A stretch of DNA of 64,000 nucleotides from Candidatus Coatesbacteria bacterium. Lineage in GTDB: Bacteria > RBG-13-66-14. The stretch spans positions 591 through 64,590 of the forward strand of contig WJLX01000012.1 of NCBI GenBank assembly GCA_014728225.1. Reading direction: 5' to 3'. Positions 28,507 to 38,546 of this stretch are shown one piece after another (the stretch's first letter is position 1; the number at the start of each line of letters is the position of its first letter). A program made the translations under genes and the position numbers. Below the pieces are notes generated by a model. That model worked only from the letters and a program-made list of their open reading frames with translations, did no database searches and was not told where the DNA came from.

Positions 28507-28848
28507 ATGCTGGTACACGATCACCGGACGATCGAGCGTGAGGAGGTCCAGACCGCGGGCGCCGTCGGCGTGGGCGTGCGCTGGCTGGTGACCAGGGCCA
28601 TGGGGGCGCCCAACTTCGCCATGCGCGAATTCGAGGTGGCGCCGGGCGGCCGGACGCCCCACCACTCCCACCCCTGGGAGCACGAGGTCTTCGTCCTCGC
28701 CGGCGGCGGCGAGATTCACGGTGACGACGGCGCGCAGCCGATCGGTCCGGGAACGGTGGTCTTGGTGGCCCCCGACGAACCCCACCATTTCGCCAACACG
28801 GGAGCCGAGGCTCTGCGCTTTCTCTGCCTGATCCCCCATCACGATTAG
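28507..28848 (+). CDS. cupin-domain protein
   Basis: HHSHPWEHEVFVLAGGGEIH...PHHFAN matches the cupin two-His/Glu metal motifs. Start MLVHDHRTIE. Confidence 0.65.
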   Translation: MLVHDHRTIEREEVQTAGAVGVGVRWLVTRAMGAPNFAMREFEVAPGGRTPHHSHPWEHEVFVLAGGGEIHGDDGAQPIGPGTVVLVAPDEPHHFANTGAEALRFLCLIPHHD

Positions 28849-28861
28849 CCAACGCTTCGAG

Positions 28862-30859
28862 GTGTCCATGGCGCGTAAACAACGAACCGGCGGGTTCTGG
28901 GACAGCCCCTGGCCCAAGGTGATCATCGTGGCGGCGGCGCTGCTGCCCCGGCTGCTGCTGTTGGGCGCCCTGGCGCCCAGCGAGTTCTTCACCGAACCGG
29001 TGATGGATTCCCAGGTCTACGACGATTGGGCCTGGACGATCGTTTCCGGGGAGTACCAGGGCCAGGCGGAGCATTACCTCAACGGCTCCTACTACATGGG
29101 GCCGCTGTACGCTTACTTCCTGACCCTGATCTTCGGGGTTTTCGGTCACAGCCTGCTGGCGGCGCGGCTGGTGGGGGCGCTCATCGGCGCGGCGACGGCC
29201 CTGCTGGTTTCCGGGATCGGCAACCGGCTGTTCGGTCGGAAGCTGGGCTTCGCCGCCGGCCTGGCGGCGGCCCTCTACCCGGCGCTGTTCTTCTACGACG
29301 CGGCCCTGCTGATGAGCGTGCTGCTGGTCTTCCTGACCGCCCTGGCGCTCTACCTGGTGCTGCGTGGGCAGCAGGGGGACCGCTGGTACCACTGGCTGGG
29401 CGCCGGGGCCTGCCTGGGCTGCTACGCCCTGGGCCGGGCCAACATCCTGCTCTTCGCCCCGGTGCTGGCGCTCTGGGTCTTCTTCAGTTTCTGGAAGAAA
29501 CCGGGGGAGGACGGCGTCGGCTCCGGTCTGGGCGGGCGCTGGAAAACGGAGCGGCGGCGGGGCTTCAAGCGCGTCGTGCTGCTGGCCGCCGGGACGCTGC
29601 TCTTCGTCGCGCCGGCGACCATCCATAACGCCGTCGAGGGCGGCGAGTTCGTCCCGGTGACGGCCAACGGCGGCATCAACTTCTACATCGGCAACAACGA
29701 GCTGGCCACCGGCGAGTACGTCAACCCCTCCTGGATCGATGTCAAGCACGACCCCGGCGGACTGTCCTACGTCGAGGGCCGGCTGGGCGAGCAGTTGACC
29801 TACGGCGAGGCCTCGCGCTGGTGGAGTGCGCGGGCCGGGGAGTGGATCGCCGACAACCCGGGTCGCTGGTTGGGGCTGCTGGGCACCAAGGCCTTCCTCT
29901 TCGCCCACCGCCACGAGATCATGCAGGTGGCCAACATCCACGTCATCCTGGGCTGGGAGACGCCGTCATGGTTCTTCGGCGTGCTGTTCACCCTGGCCCT
30001 GGCGGCCTTCGTCTGGGGGCGCGAACAGCGGCGACGGATGGGCGCGCTGTGGCTGTTCCTGTTGGTTTACGCCCTGTCGATCGTCGTCTTCTTCATCACC
30101 TCGCGTTACCGATTGCCCTTCGTCGTCGTCGCTCTGCCGGCGGCGGTCTGGGGGGCGCGGGAGCTGGTCCGGCGCTCGCGGCGGGGCGGCAGGGTGTTGG
30201 TAAAAACCCTGGCCCTGGTGGTGCCGCTGTTGGTGGTGACCAACATCCCCCTGAGCTGGTTGGGGATCGAGCTCCAGGGCAACGACGCCGCCCTGGCCAA
30301 CAACCGGGGCACGATCTACCTCGAGCAGGGCGCCTACCAGTTCGCCGCCGAGGAGTTCGAGCGCGCCGCCCGGGCCAACCCCAAGCTCTACGCCGTCTAC
30401 ACCAACCTGGGGATCGCCAACCTGCGCCGGGGGATGATCACCGAGGCCCGTAATAACTTCCGGCAGGCCCTCTCTCTCTACCCGGACCCCAAGGCGATGA
30501 TCAACCTGGGCGGGATCTACCTGGAGAAGGTCCAGAACGGTGAGCGCCAGTACCTCGACGATGCCGGCCGCTACCTGGCCCGGGCCGTGGAGCTGGTTCC
30601 GGGTAACCCCAACGCCAACATTAACTTCGCCATCTACCAGTTGGCCCTGGCCGATTACGAAGGCGCCGCCGACACCCTGGAGCGCGGGTTGGTCTACCGG
30701 CCGGACAATCCGCGCCTGCTGTTCTATCTGGGCCATCTCTACGCCAAGGAGCTGGAGCGTCCGGCGCGCGCCGTCGAGCTGTTGGAACGCTTCCTGGAGA
30801 CCCGGCCCTGGACCGCCGAGCACAATGTGGCCCTCTCCTGGTTGGAAGCGCTGCGCTAG
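28862..30859 (+). CDS. GT39/PMT-ArnT-family membrane glycosyltransferase with C-terminal TPR repeats
   Basis: N-terminal polytopic domain with DD/YY-rich loop (GSYYMGPLYAYFL), typical of dolichyl-phosphate-mannose/ArnT-type transferases. C-terminal ~250 aa are TPR (LANNRGTIYLEQGAYQFAAEEFERAARANP...). Confidence 0.65.
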   Translation: MSMARKQRTGGFWDSPWPKVIIVAAALLPRLLLLGALAPSEFFTEPVMDSQVYDDWAWTIVSGEYQGQAEHYLNGSYYMGPLYAYFLTLIFGVFGHSLLAARLVGALIGAATALLVSGIGNRLFGRKLGFAAGLAAALYPALFFYDAALLMSVLLVFLTALALYLVLRGQQGDRWYHWLGAGACLGCYALGRANILLFAPVLALWVFFSFWKKPGEDGVGSGLGGRWKTERRRGFKRVVLLAAGTLLFVAPATIHNAVEGGEFVPVTANGGINFYIGNNELATGEYVNPSWIDVKHDPGGLSYVEGRLGEQLTYGEASRWWSARAGEWIADNPGRWLGLLGTKAFLFAHRHEIMQVANIHVILGWETPSWFFGVLFTLALAAFVWGREQRRRMGALWLFLLVYALSIVVFFITSRYRLPFVVVALPAAVWGARELVRRSRRGGRVLVKTLALVVPLLVVTNIPLSWLGIELQGNDAALANNRGTIYLEQGAYQFAAEEFERAARANPKLYAVYTNLGIANLRRGMITEARNNFRQALSLYPDPKAMINLGGIYLEKVQNGERQYLDDAGRYLARAVELVPGNPNANINFAIYQLALADYEGAADTLERGLVYRPDNPRLLFYLGHLYAKELERPARAVELLERFLETRPWTAEHNVALSWLEALR

Positions 30860-30871
30860 GGGGACGTCGAG

Positions 30872-33800
30872 GTGGATGAGCTGCGGCGCGATCTGGAACG
30901 CTTTCTGCCCCCGGGGCTGGTGCGCTACGCCGTCAGCGACGCCGAGCGCATCGACGCCCTGCAGCGGGAGCTGGGCGTTCTCGAACGCCGCCACCACACC
31001 CTGGCCCTGGCCTGGCCTCTGCGCGGGGTCCTCGAGGGCGGGGGCTTTTTGCTGCCCGGAACGGTGCTGGCCGGCGATGTCGGCGCCCAGGACCACCCGA
31101 CCCACCGGCGGGCCGCCGAGGTGCTGCTGGCGGCCCTCGAGGAGTACAACGGCCGGCTGTTGGCCTGGGGCGCGGGGACCTTCCTGGCCTTCTTCCCCGG
31201 AGTCACCGCCTCGGGCTCCAGCACCCAGGCCAATTATTTTCGCGCCTGCCAGACGGCCAGCGAGATGGCCGAGCTCGAGCTCCCCGGCCTGCGCCAGGCC
31301 TTGACGGCGGGGCGGGGTGGTCTGGTGGTCTGCGCCGCCCTGGAGCGCAAGCTGACCGTGCCCGTCGGTGGAGCCGTCGGCGCGGCCCTGACCCTGACCG
31401 CGGCCGCCGAGCCGGGGACGATCCGCCTGTCGACGACGATGGCCGAGGTGGTCGCCGAGCGCTTCCAGGTCGTCGAGGGCTCCGGCGGTCCCCTGTTGGG
31501 AACCATCCTCTCCGGCCGTCGGGTCAACAAGGCCCTCGTCGAAGACCAGGCCCCCGTGCCGCCCGAGCATCTCCTCGACCGCCTGGCCCAGGCGGCGGCG
31601 GGGATGGAGCGCGCCCGGCCCTGGCTGGCCCCCTGGCAACTCGAGCCCCTGGGCGCCCGCTTCAGCGGACGGCGACCGCTGACCGCCGAGGCCGTCCTGG
31701 CCCTGGCCTGGCCGCCACCGGGCGAATCGGCCAACCGCGGCGCCGCCCTCGAGGAGCGCCTGCGCGTCGAGGCCGAACTCTGCGCCAACTGGGACGGCGA
31801 GCTCTGGGGGTTGGTACCGCACCCCGACGGACTCTGCAGCGCCTACGCCTTCCCCGACGTCCGCGCCGCCGGTGCGGCGGCCCTGGCCGTGCTGGCCGAG
31901 ACCGACGATCGCGGCGGGGCCATCGAGGTCGGCGAACTCTGCGATCATTACCTGCGGGGTCCCCGCTCCTCGGCGGCGGCTCCGGCGGGGAGGGCCTTGC
32001 GTTCGGCCTGCGGTGAGGCCCTGCTGGCCCCGACCGGGGAGCTGGTCTGTCATCCCGCCAGCCGGGACGAGGTCGAGCCGGAATTCGAAATCGTCCGCAG
32101 CCTCGAAGTCGCCGATCGCCCCCTGGCCGTGCTGCGCGCCGCCGCCGAGCGCGAGGAGGCCGGCCGGCCCCTGTTGGGCTGCGGCGAGCTGCTGGAGAAA
32201 ACGGACGCCTGGCTGGAGGAGTTGCGCCGCGGCGGCTCCATCGTCGGCGTGGTCACCGGCGGCCCCGGAGCGGGTAAGAGCCGGGCCTGCCGCGAGCTGC
32301 GCGACCTGTTCGCCGAGCTGGGCGACGCCCACCTGTTCCGTTGCCAATCCTGGTGGGCCTACGATCCCTACAGCCTGTGGCGGCGGACCCTGCTGGCCAT
32401 CTGGGGCCCCCCGGCCAGCACGGCGGCCAACCGGGCCCTGCGCGAGGCCCTCGGCGAGGCGGCCCCGCGCCTGGGCGAGTTCATCAGCCGCTTCACCGGC
32501 GGCGAGCTCTCCGAACCGCTGTGGGGCTTGAGCCCGCGCCAGAAGGGTCAGATGGCCGGCGAGCTGCTGCTGGCCGCCCTGCGCGCCCGCGAGGGCCGAC
32601 CCCTGGCCCTGGTCATCGACGACGCCGACTGGCTCGACGCCGGCAGCCTGCAACTGGTGCGTTCGTTGAGCGCGGCCGGTCTGCCCCTGGCGGTGATCCT
32701 CTGCTGCCGCCGGGCCCCGGAGGAGCTGAGCGCCCAGTACGCCGAACTCCAGCCCCTCGAACCCGACGAAGCCGCCGACCTGTTCGCCGACGCCGCCGGG
32801 CGTCCCGGGCCTTTCATCGAGCGCCTGCCGCGACGGGAGCTGGTACCGGGCAAGCTGTCCCACCTGGCCGCCCTGGCCGCCGCCGGAGCCGATCCGGCCC
32901 TGGGCGCTCGGCTGTCCCTGGAGCGCCTGGGGCAGGAGCTGCTGCGTCTGGAGCCCGACGGCGAGGCGCCGCAACTGGTCTCCGTCCTGGGGCCCCGCTT
33001 CGGCGCCGGGGACCTGGCCGCCGTCACCGACGGGGTCAGCGAGCTGCGCCGCCGGCTCGAATCCAGCCGCCTGCTGGAGCGCAGCGGCGGCGAGTACGCC
33101 TTCCGCGGCCGCGCCGTCTGGCAGGCCGCCTACACCGCCCTGGAACCTCGCCGTCGCCGGGAGCTGCACTTTCGCGCCGCCCGTTTCTACCAGCGCCAGC
33201 ACCGCGGCGTCGTCGCCCAGGCCGTCGCCCACTTCATGAACTGCGGCGATCCCGGTGAGCGGGTCACGGCGCTGGAGCTCGCCGGAGAGCGCGCCGCCGC
33301 CGTCGGCTCCTTCACCGCCGCCCGCCGCTACCTCCGCGAAGCCGTCGCCGCCGCCACCAACCGCCGCGACACCCGCCGCCTGATCGCCAAGCTGGCCGCC
33401 ATCCACACCCACGCCCGCAACTACCCCGAGGCCGACCGGCTCTACGACAACCTGCTCGAGGAGGCCGAGGAAGCCGAGCAGCGCCAGGCCGCCGAGTTGG
33501 CCCTCGATCGCGCCGAGCTCCAACTCGCCGTCGGCGATCCCGAGATGATCGAGCGCTGGGTCGCCCGCGCCGCCGCCCTGGAACCCGAGCTCGATCCACC
33601 GCGCCGGTCCTATCTACTCGGTGAGGCCGCCAAACTGCGCGGCGACGCCGAGGCGGCCCGCGAACATCTGGGTCGGGCCGCCGAAGCGCCCACCCCCGAG
33701 GGCGCCCGGGCCGCCGTCCGCCTCGGTCGACTGCTCCTCGGGGCTGATGAAACCGCCGAGGCTCTGGAATTTCTCCGGCGCGCCGAAGCCTGGGCCCGGC

Positions 33801-35014
33801 AGCAGAGCCATGTGGCCCTGATCGTCGAGGCCGTCCGCCTGGCCGCCGACGCCCACGCCGCCCGCGGCGCCGTCGACGAGGCCCGCGCGGCCCTCGAACA
33901 GGCCCTCGAGCGCGAGCGCGCCCTGCTGCAGGTCCAGCCCGTCGCCGAGACCCTGAGCGCCCTGGCCGATTTCTACGCCGCCGCCGGGGAGCGCCGCCGG
34001 GCCCTCGACTGCCTGACCGAGGCCGAGGCTACCTTCACCCGCCTCGAACTGCCCGTCAAACGCCTCGACGCCCGGGAGCGCCGCGCCGCCGTCAGCGCCG
34101 ACCTGGGCCGGATCGCCGTCGCCCGAGAGATCCTCGAAGAGGTGAGCGTCAAGCGCCGCGGCCTGCGCGACCGTTTCGGCGCCACCCGCTGCGCCCTGCT
34201 CGAGGGCCGCTTGGCCGCCCTGCAGGGTGACTGGCGCACCGCCAACAATGCCTACGACCAGGCCCTCCTCGGCGCCCGCGAGGTCGCCGACGAAGAGCTG
34301 ATCGCCGCCGCCCGACGCGGCCACGCCCACTCGCTGTTACATCAAGGAAGACTCGCCGAGTTCGACGAAAGCCTCGGGGAACTGGAAGCCGCCGAAGCCG
34401 CCTTGCTGAGCGGCGAACTATACCGCCTGCTCTACCTCTTCGACACCGCCGCCCGGGAGCACCGCCGGACCCTCGACGCCGACCCCGACTCCCTCGAACG
34501 CCGCCTGGCCCTGGCCCTCGATCACCTGAGCGCCGGCAACAGCCGGGCCGGAAAGCGCCTGCTCGCCGAAACCGCCTGGCCGCCGGCCCCCAGACTCGAA
34601 CTGGAACTCGATTACCGTCGGGCCCGGGTGCTAGTGACCCTGATCGAACACAAACCCGCCCGGGAAACCGAGCTCCAACGCTACCGCGAGCTGGCCGAAG
34701 GCGCCGACGCCGTCGTCCACCGCGCCCTGGCCGCCAAGGACGCCGCCGCCGGCCTGGTCCTCGACGGTGAACTCGCCGCCGCCCGGGAGCTCATCGACAG
34801 CGCCCTGACCCGCGAACCGCCCGCGATCGTCGGCTGGCAGTTGCAGTTCTTCGCCGGTCTGCTCGCCGGACGCGACGGCGACGCCGACGCCCGCGGCGAG
34901 TTCTTCGGCCAAGCCCTGCGTTCCCTCGAAGACTTCCGCCGCCGCCTGCCCGACGCCGAACTCCAGCGACGCCTCCAGCGCAGCGAAACCTACAACGCCC
35001 TGCGCCGCGGCTGA
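30872..35014 (+). CDS. giant STAND NTPase with N-terminal degenerate (pseudo) nucleotide-cyclase-like domain and extensive TPR repeats
   Basis: GTG start. P-loop VVTGGPGAGKSRACREL near aa 470. N-terminal segments align to class III cyclase motifs but lack the metal-binding Asp residues (TLALAWPL; GRLLAWGAGTFLAFF; GLVVCAALERKLTVPVGGAVGAALTLTAAAEPGTIRLS). About 800 aa of TPR-like helices follow. The antisense 1185-aa ORF is an artefact. Confidence 0.6.
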   Translation: MDELRRDLERFLPPGLVRYAVSDAERIDALQRELGVLERRHHTLALAWPLRGVLEGGGFLLPGTVLAGDVGAQDHPTHRRAAEVLLAALEEYNGRLLAWGAGTFLAFFPGVTASGSSTQANYFRACQTASEMAELELPGLRQALTAGRGGLVVCAALERKLTVPVGGAVGAALTLTAAAEPGTIRLSTTMAEVVAERFQVVEGSGGPLLGTILSGRRVNKALVEDQAPVPPEHLLDRLAQAAAGMERARPWLAPWQLEPLGARFSGRRPLTAEAVLALAWPPPGESANRGAALEERLRVEAELCANWDGELWGLVPHPDGLCSAYAFPDVRAAGAAALAVLAETDDRGGAIEVGELCDHYLRGPRSSAAAPAGRALRSACGEALLAPTGELVCHPASRDEVEPEFEIVRSLEVADRPLAVLRAAAEREEAGRPLLGCGELLEKTDAWLEELRRGGSIVGVVTGGPGAGKSRACRELRDLFAELGDAHLFRCQSWWAYDPYSLWRRTLLAIWGPPASTAANRALREALGEAAPRLGEFISRFTGGELSEPLWGLSPRQKGQMAGELLLAALRAREGRPLALVIDDADWLDAGSLQLVRSLSAAGLPLAVILCCRRAPEELSAQYAELQPLEPDEAADLFADAAGRPGPFIERLPRRELVPGKLSHLAALAAAGADPALGARLSLERLGQELLRLEPDGEAPQLVSVLGPRFGAGDLAAVTDGVSELRRRLESSRLLERSGGEYAFRGRAVWQAAYTALEPRRRRELHFRAARFYQRQHRGVVAQAVAHFMNCGDPGERVTALELAGERAAAVGSFTAARRYLREAVAAATNRRDTRRLIAKLAAIHTHARNYPEADRLYDNLLEEAEEAEQRQAAELALDRAELQLAVGDPEMIERWVARAAALEPELDPPRRSYLLGEAAKLRGDAEAAREHLGRAAEAPTPEGARAAVRLGRLLLGADETAEALEFLRRAEAWARQQSHVALIVEAVRLAADAHAARGAVDEARAALEQALERERALLQVQPVAETLSALADFYAAAGERRRALDCLTEAEATFTRLELPVKRLDARERRAAVSADLGRIAVAREILEEVSVKRRGLRDRFGATRCALLEGRLAALQGDWRTANNAYDQALLGAREVADEELIAAARRGHAHSLLHQGRLAEFDESLGELEAAEAALLSGELYRLLYLFDTAAREHRRTLDADPDSLERRLALALDHLSAGNSRAGKRLLAETAWPPAPRLELELDYRRARVLVTLIEHKPARETELQRYRELAEGADAVVHRALAAKDAAAGLVLDGELAAARELIDSALTREPPAIVGWQLQFFAGLLAGRDGDADARGEFFGQALRSLEDFRRRLPDAELQRRLQRSETYNALRRG

Positions 35015-35017
35015 ACG

Positions 35018-35215
35018 CCGGGAACCTTTGAAAAACGACGCCGGCCCGGCGCGCGGCGTCGGATACGCCCGGCGCCGGAACCGGCACGGTTTTTGCGGAG
35101 GCGCAGCGTGGCCGACGCTCCAACGGGCGCCGAGATGCAAAAACCGTGCCGGTTCCGGCGCCCCGGAGCGCCGCAGCGGCGCGGGCGTAGAGCGCTGTTT
35201 TTCAAAGGTTCCCGG
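35018..35215. repeat. nested palindromic repeat element, copy F (core 35071..35162, GGAGGC-first)
   Basis: Core GGCGCCGGAACCGGCACGGTTTTTGC GGAGGC ... GCCGAGATGC AAAAACCGTGCCGGTTCCGGCGCC. Outer inverted repeat CCGGGAACCTTTGAAAAACG (35018-35037) / CGCTGTTTTTCAAAGGTTCCCGG (35193-35215). Lies between the STAND gene and mutS. Confidence 0.8.
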
Positions 35216-35257
35216 CGGTTGTGCGAATAGGTCAACCCGGCCAAACCAGAGAAACCG

Positions 35258-37888
35258 ATGGCAGCCAAAGACCCCAACGACACACCGATGATGCGCCAGT
35301 ACCGTTCCTTCAAGGAGCGCTACCCGGGCTACCTGCTGCTGTTCCGGATGGGCGATTTCTACGAGACCTTCGGCGACGACGCGGTCACTGTGGCCGAGGC
35401 GCTCTCGATCACCCTGACCAGCCGGGACAAGGGCCGGGAAGACGCCGTCCCCCTGGCGGGCATTCCGATCAAGGCCTTGGATACCTACCTGCCCCGTCTG
35501 CTGCGCCGGGGCTACAAGGTGGCCCTGGCCGAGCAGCTCGAGGATCCGGCCCAGGCCAAGGGTCTCGTTGAGCGCGGCGTGGTGCGGCTCTATACTCAGG
35601 GCACCCTCTTCGAGGAGGAGCTGCTGCCCGACGGCGGGGCCAACTATCTGGCCGCCGTTCATGCCGATCGACGGGGCTTCGGCCTGGCGTTGTGCGAGTT
35701 GTCGACGGGGGAACTGCTGCTGGCGGATTACGCCGGCGGCGAGGCCCGCCGCACCCTGCTGGGGGAGCTGGCCCGCCGGCGGCCGCGGGAGTTCCTGCTC
35801 AGCGAGGCCGCCGGCTTCCTGCGCGATGAGCTGGATTCCGCCGCCGTGACCCTGCGGCCCGCGGGGGATTTCAGCCGCGCCGACGCCGAGCGCCGTCTGC
35901 GGGAGCACTACGGGGTCGGCTCCCTCGAGGGCTACGGAGCCGCCGGGTTCGGCGCCGCCTTGGGGGCCGCCGGGGCCGTGCTGGCCTATCTCGAGGAAAC
36001 CCAGCTCGGCGAGCCGGTCGCCCTGCGGCCGCCGCGTCCCCTGCACGGCGTCTCGAAGTTGCTGCTCGACCGCTCGACGATCGACACCCTGGAGCTGGTC
36101 AGCTCGGCCGGCGACCGCGCCTCGTCCAAGCGCAGCCTGCTGGCCCTGCTGGATCACAGCGCGACGCCGATGGGCCGCCGCTTGCTGCACCGCTGGCTGG
36201 TGGCGCCCCTGGCCCGCCTCGAGCCGATCATGACCCGCCAGGCCGCCGTGGCCGAACTGGCCGAGGATGCCCGGGCCCGCAAGCGCCTCGTCGCGGCCCT
36301 GAGCGGGACGGGCGATCTGGAACGCGCCGTGGGCCGGGCGGCCCACCGGCGGGCCGGAGCCCGGGATCTGGTGCTGATCCGGGAGAACCTGCGCCGGGCG
36401 CCGGAGCTGACGGAGTGGCTGGGGCGGCGCGAGGGCGCCCACTGGTCCGAACTCGGCGCCGGGCTGGAGGAACTGACGGCTCTGCGCGCCCTGCTGGAGC
36501 GCGGCCTGGTCGAGGAGCCGGGGCGGCTGGGTTCCGGGGCGGTGATCGCCCGGGGTTACGACGAGGCCTTCGATCGGGCCCTCGACGAACTCGACGAGGC
36601 CGAGGAGTGGATCCGCAATCTACAGCAAACCGAGCGCGAACGCTCGGGCGTCGACAGCCTCAAGGTGGGCTTCAACAAAGTCTTCGGTTACTATCTCGAG
36701 ATCCCGCGCTCCCGCTCCGACGAGGTTCCCGAGCACTACATCCGCAAGCAGACCCTGGTGGCCGCCGAACGCTTCATCACCCCGGAGCTCAAGGAGAAGG
36801 AGGCGGTCATCACCCGCAGCCGGGAACGGCTGGCCGGTCTCGAGGGGCGGATCTTCCGCCGCCTGCTCGAGGAGGTCGCCGGCTGGGCCGGCCCCCTGGG
36901 CGAGCTGGCCGGCGCCCTGGCCCGTCTCGACGTCATCACCTCCCTGGCGGCGACGGCCGCCGAGCTGGGTTGGTGCCGCCCCGAGATCGACGAGGGTCTG
37001 GTGCTGGAGATCGAGGAGGGCCGGCATCCCCTCGTCGAGCGCCATACCGCCGGGCCCTTCGTCCCCAACGACTGCCGCCTGGACGCCGACGAGCGGCAGA
37101 TCATGCTGCTCACCGGCCCCAACATGGCCGGTAAGTCGACCTACATCCGCCAGCTCGGTTTGGCCGTGGTGCTGGCCCAGGTCGGCTCCTTCGTTCCGGC
37201 CCGACGGATGCGTCTGGGGCTGGTCGACGCCGTCTACACCCGTGTGGGCGCCGCCGACGATATCGCCCGCGGCCTGTCGACCTTCATGGTCGAGATGACG
37301 GAGACGGCGCGGATCGTCAACTGCGCCACGCCGCGCAGCCTGCTGCTCCTCGACGAGGTCGGCCGGGGCACCAGCACCTCCGACGGGGTGGCCATCGCCT
37401 GGGCCGTGGCCGAGCACATCCACAACGCCGGGGGTCTCGGTGCGCGGACCGTCTTCGCCACTCACTACCACGAGCTGACCCGCCTGGTCGAGGAGCTGCC
37501 CCGGGCCTTCAACATGCAGTTGGCGGTCAGCGAGGACGGCGGCGAGGTACGCTTCCTGCACCGTGTCGAACCCGGCGCCGCCCGCACCAGCTACGGCGTC
37601 CACGTCGCCCGCCTGGCCGGACTGCCCCGGGGCGTAGTCCGGCGGGCCCGGGCCCTGCTGCGCCAGTTCGAGAAGGACCGCCTCGGCGCGCCGACGGCCC
37701 AGTTGACCCTGGCGCCGGCCGCGCCCGTCGACAACGAACCCGACTACGCCTGGTTGGCGGCCGAGCTGCGCTCGGCGAACCCCGACGCCCTGACGCCCCT
37801 GGCCGCCCTCAACCTGCTGGCCCAGTGGCGCGGTCGCCTGGAGGCCGACGGCGGCGACGATGAAGGAAATCAGCCCGCCGGCGGGTAG
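35258..37888 (+). CDS. mutS: DNA mismatch repair protein MutS
   Basis: N-terminal TPMMRQYRSFKERYPG...FYETFGDDA. Walker A GPNMAGKSTYIRQ. C-terminal dimerisation region. Confidence 0.9.
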   Translation: MAAKDPNDTPMMRQYRSFKERYPGYLLLFRMGDFYETFGDDAVTVAEALSITLTSRDKGREDAVPLAGIPIKALDTYLPRLLRRGYKVALAEQLEDPAQAKGLVERGVVRLYTQGTLFEEELLPDGGANYLAAVHADRRGFGLALCELSTGELLLADYAGGEARRTLLGELARRRPREFLLSEAAGFLRDELDSAAVTLRPAGDFSRADAERRLREHYGVGSLEGYGAAGFGAALGAAGAVLAYLEETQLGEPVALRPPRPLHGVSKLLLDRSTIDTLELVSSAGDRASSKRSLLALLDHSATPMGRRLLHRWLVAPLARLEPIMTRQAAVAELAEDARARKRLVAALSGTGDLERAVGRAAHRRAGARDLVLIRENLRRAPELTEWLGRREGAHWSELGAGLEELTALRALLERGLVEEPGRLGSGAVIARGYDEAFDRALDELDEAEEWIRNLQQTERERSGVDSLKVGFNKVFGYYLEIPRSRSDEVPEHYIRKQTLVAAERFITPELKEKEAVITRSRERLAGLEGRIFRRLLEEVAGWAGPLGELAGALARLDVITSLAATAAELGWCRPEIDEGLVLEIEEGRHPLVERHTAGPFVPNDCRLDADERQIMLLTGPNMAGKSTYIRQLGLAVVLAQVGSFVPARRMRLGLVDAVYTRVGAADDIARGLSTFMVEMTETARIVNCATPRSLLLLDEVGRGTSTSDGVAIAWAVAEHIHNAGGLGARTVFATHYHELTRLVEELPRAFNMQLAVSEDGGEVRFLHRVEPGAARTSYGVHVARLAGLPRGVVRRARALLRQFEKDRLGAPTAQLTLAPAAPVDNEPDYAWLAAELRSANPDALTPLAALNLLAQWRGRLEADGGDDEGNQPAGG

Positions 37889-38460
37889 ACATCCACCTGC
37901 AGCACGTCGTCGGTGTCGGCGTCCAGCCAGATCTCCGCCGTCTTCTCCAGCCCGCCGTACTCATCCTCGGCGTAGTACCACAGCAGGGCGTAGTTGTCGA
38001 CGCCCGCGCTCTGGTCGTTGAAGTCGGCGGTCACCGTCAGCAGGCGGACGTCGATGTCCTCCTCGTTGAGACCTTCGTCCAGCGCCGCGGCGTCTCCGGC
38101 GTTGATCCAGGACTCGGCGTCCTCGTAACGCGGCACCGTCTCCCACTCCGGTGAGGCCGGGGCCGCCTGGCTGAAGGTCGTGCCGTCGTAGTCCACCCGG
38201 ACCAACAGACCCGCGTAACCGTCGCCGAAGTGGAAGGTGAAGCAGGAGTCCTCGTGGGAGACGATCCGACCCTCGTCATCGAGGCGACAGCCGTAGATCA
38301 CCTGGAGCTCGCCCTCGGACAGCTCGGCGTCGCGGACATCCTCGGCCCTGTCGCGGGCCCAGCCCAGACTGTGGGGCGGCGGCGGGACGTACTGCGATAG
38401 ATCGCAGGCCGCCGCGGTCAACAGGACGGCTGCAACAACAATTACCAACCAACGCTTCAT
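37870..38460 (-). CDS. hypothetical lipoprotein
   Basis: MKRWLVIVVAAVLLTAAAC lipobox. Acidic secreted protein. Convergent 19-bp overlap with the mutS 3' end. Confidence 0.5.
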   Translation of the reverse strand: MKRWLVIVVAAVLLTAAACDLSQYVPPPPHSLGWARDRAEDVRDAELSEGELQVIYGCRLDDEGRIVSHEDSCFTFHFGDGYAGLLVRVDYDGTTFSQAAPASPEWETVPRYEDAESWINAGDAAALDEGLNEEDIDVRLLTVTADFNDQSAGVDNYALLWYYAEDEYGGLEKTAEIWLDADTDDVLQVDVYPPAG

Positions 38461-38546
38461 GCTTTGTCTCCCGTGTTGCGGCTGTTTCGCCGTTGGACCG
38501 TTTAACCATTATAGCCGAACAGACCCCGGGTTGCCGAAAGGAAGCC

